A stretch of DNA of 64,000 nucleotides from Octopus sinensis (lineage: Eukaryota), in assembly GCF_006345805.1 (NCBI RefSeq), contig NC_043023.1, positions 13,454,001-13,518,000 on the forward strand, written 5' to 3'. The notes beneath the pieces were generated by a model. That model did no database searches and was not told where the DNA came from. It saw only the letters and a program-made list of their open reading frames with translations. Both the position numbers and the translations under genes were made by a program. This document shows, one piece after another, positions 62,178 to 64,000 of the stretch (position 1 is the stretch's first letter; every line of letters starts with the position of its first letter).

Positions 62178-64000
62178 TCACGCTAAGAGTTGCTGAAGCA
62201 TAGAACAAACTGTCGGCATCAGTTGTTAGTTGTCGGAGCACTGCATCCTTCAAAACTTCCATGCTTCCTGAGATTCGCCAACACCACACCTGATCTTTCT
62301 CCCCTCCATACACACACAAGCATCTATCTGACTCATACACTGTTCACTTCCCAGACATTTGTACATTACTGCAGATGCTTTATACACACTTTCTGACAAG
62401 TTGTGGTACACCTGAGCACTGTATATAATACCCTCCATCAGGCATTTGCCATATTCTGAACACCTAACTTCCCTGGGTATGGGCACATTGAAACTCCGAC
62501 GTCGGGCATCTGACTTGGCAGACACCCATAAAATTATTAACCATCTTACAAACAATAACTCTGAGCACCTTTTCAAACTCCACCCATCTAACACCCGTGG
62601 ACATATTTACAAAGTTAGAAAACAGCACAGCTCCCATGACTTTCGGAAACATTTTTTTCACGCTGAGAGTTGCTGAAGCCTGGAACAAACTGCCGGCATC
62701 AGTTGTTGGTTGTCGGAGCACTGCATCCTTCAAAACTTCCATGCTTCCTGAGATTCGCCAACACTGATCTTTCTCCCCTCCATACACACACAAGCATCTA
62801 TCTGACTCATACACTGTTCACTTCCCAGGCAGATGCTTTATACGCAGTTTTTGACAAGTTGTGTGGCACCTGAGCACTGTATACAATAATTTCATTATTA
62901 TTATTATCTTTAAGATCTCCAAGTTGTGTCAGTTGAGGGTTTTTACAATTAGCAAGGGATACAACTAAAGTATATTACACGAGTTACTTCCCTTACGCCG
63001 ACCATGAGAGAATTTATCGCTTTCTTTTAAAAATAATAATAATGAAATTATTGTATACAGTGCTCAGGTGCACCGCAACTTGTCAAAAGTGCATATAAAG
63101 CATCTGCAGTAATGTACAAATGTCTGGGAAGCGAACAGTGTATGAGTCAGATACATGTTTGTGTGTGTATGGAGGTGAGAAAATCAGGTGTAGTGATGGA
63201 GAATCTCAGGAAGCATGGAAGTTTTCAAGGATGCAGTGCTCCGACAACTAACAACTGATGCTGGCAGTTTGTTCCATGCTTCAGCAACTCTCAGCGTGAA
63301 AAAATGTTTCCTAAAGTCATGGGAGCTGTGCTGTTTTCTGACTTTGTAAAGATGTCCACGGGTGTTAGGTGTAGTTTTTAAATAATAATAATAATAATGA
63401 AATTATTGTATACAGTGCTCAGGTGCACCACAACTTGTTAGAAAGTGCGTATAAAGTATCTGCAGTAATGTACAAATGTCTGGGAAGTGAACAGTGTATG
63501 AGGGTGGGGTAACACATCCCAGCCGAGCTGCAGCAATTTTTGTCTGGTTCCCAAAGCATCAAGTGCCAAAAATGAACTTTCTTATCTTCCATTTTAAAGG
63601 GTTACAGAATTAACACAGGTTATAGGAACATAAACCTTCTTCCACGAAAAGATAGCTTAAACTGTGCTCTAAATGGAGGTGTAGTCAAATCCTATTTTAT
63701 GGACTCAACCATGTTCTAAAATAAGACGAAAGGTAAGCTACTATAAATCGGCATGAACTTTCAGAACAACCCAATATAATAATGATAATAATTATAGTAA
63801 TGAAATTATTGTATACAGTGCTCAGGTGCACCACAACTTGTCAAAAGTGCATATAAAGCATCTGCAGTAATGTAGAAATGTCTGGGAAAGTGAACAGTGT
63901 ATGAGTCAGATAGATGCTTGCTTGTGTGTATGGAGGGGAGAAAGCTCAGGTGTGGTGTTGGCGAATCTCAGGAAGCATGGAAGTTTTGAAGGATGCAGTG
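62178..64000. mobile_element. Cluster of CR1-like LINE 3' fragments in both orientations
   Basis: LTSLGMGTLKLRRRASDL..TRGHIYKVRKQHSSHDFRKHFF followed by (shifted frame) LRVAEAWNKLPASVV, with (ATT)n tails. Plus-strand copies at 62178-62908; minus-strand copies at 63035-63370, 63385-63500 and 63785-64000. Confidence 0.8.

Overview
Eukaryotic, AT- and microsatellite-rich DNA. It most resembles a coleoid cephalopod (Octopus-like), inferred from repeat style and gene content; this was not checked. Two protein-coding genes are supported, both on the + strand. (1) A 3250-aa, apparently intronless C2H2 zinc-finger ORF (751-10503) has about 19 fingers, and one finger cassette recurs three times with the same recognition helices. 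(2) A complete 9-coding-exon PRPSAP gene (PRPP synthase-associated protein, a pseudoenzyme; 18034-46254, 369 aa) whose exon phases all add up. The rest is transposon-derived: several tRNA-headed SINE families, RTE, CR1 and Tx1/L1 LINE 3' fragments, mariner-like and TTAA (piggyBac-like) MITEs, and minisatellites. The main unexpected signal is a dispersed set of type I hammerhead ribozyme motifs (CUGAUGA...GAAAC-NNNN-GUA). Their stem III loops vary (GAUC, AUAU, AGCU, ACGU) but always stay self-complementary. Several lie in long fold-back palindromes, one sits behind a tRNA-like head, and one overlaps the likely splice acceptor of the zinc-finger exon. This pattern fits Penelope-like or retrozyme-type elements. 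No activity, expression or database match could be tested here.
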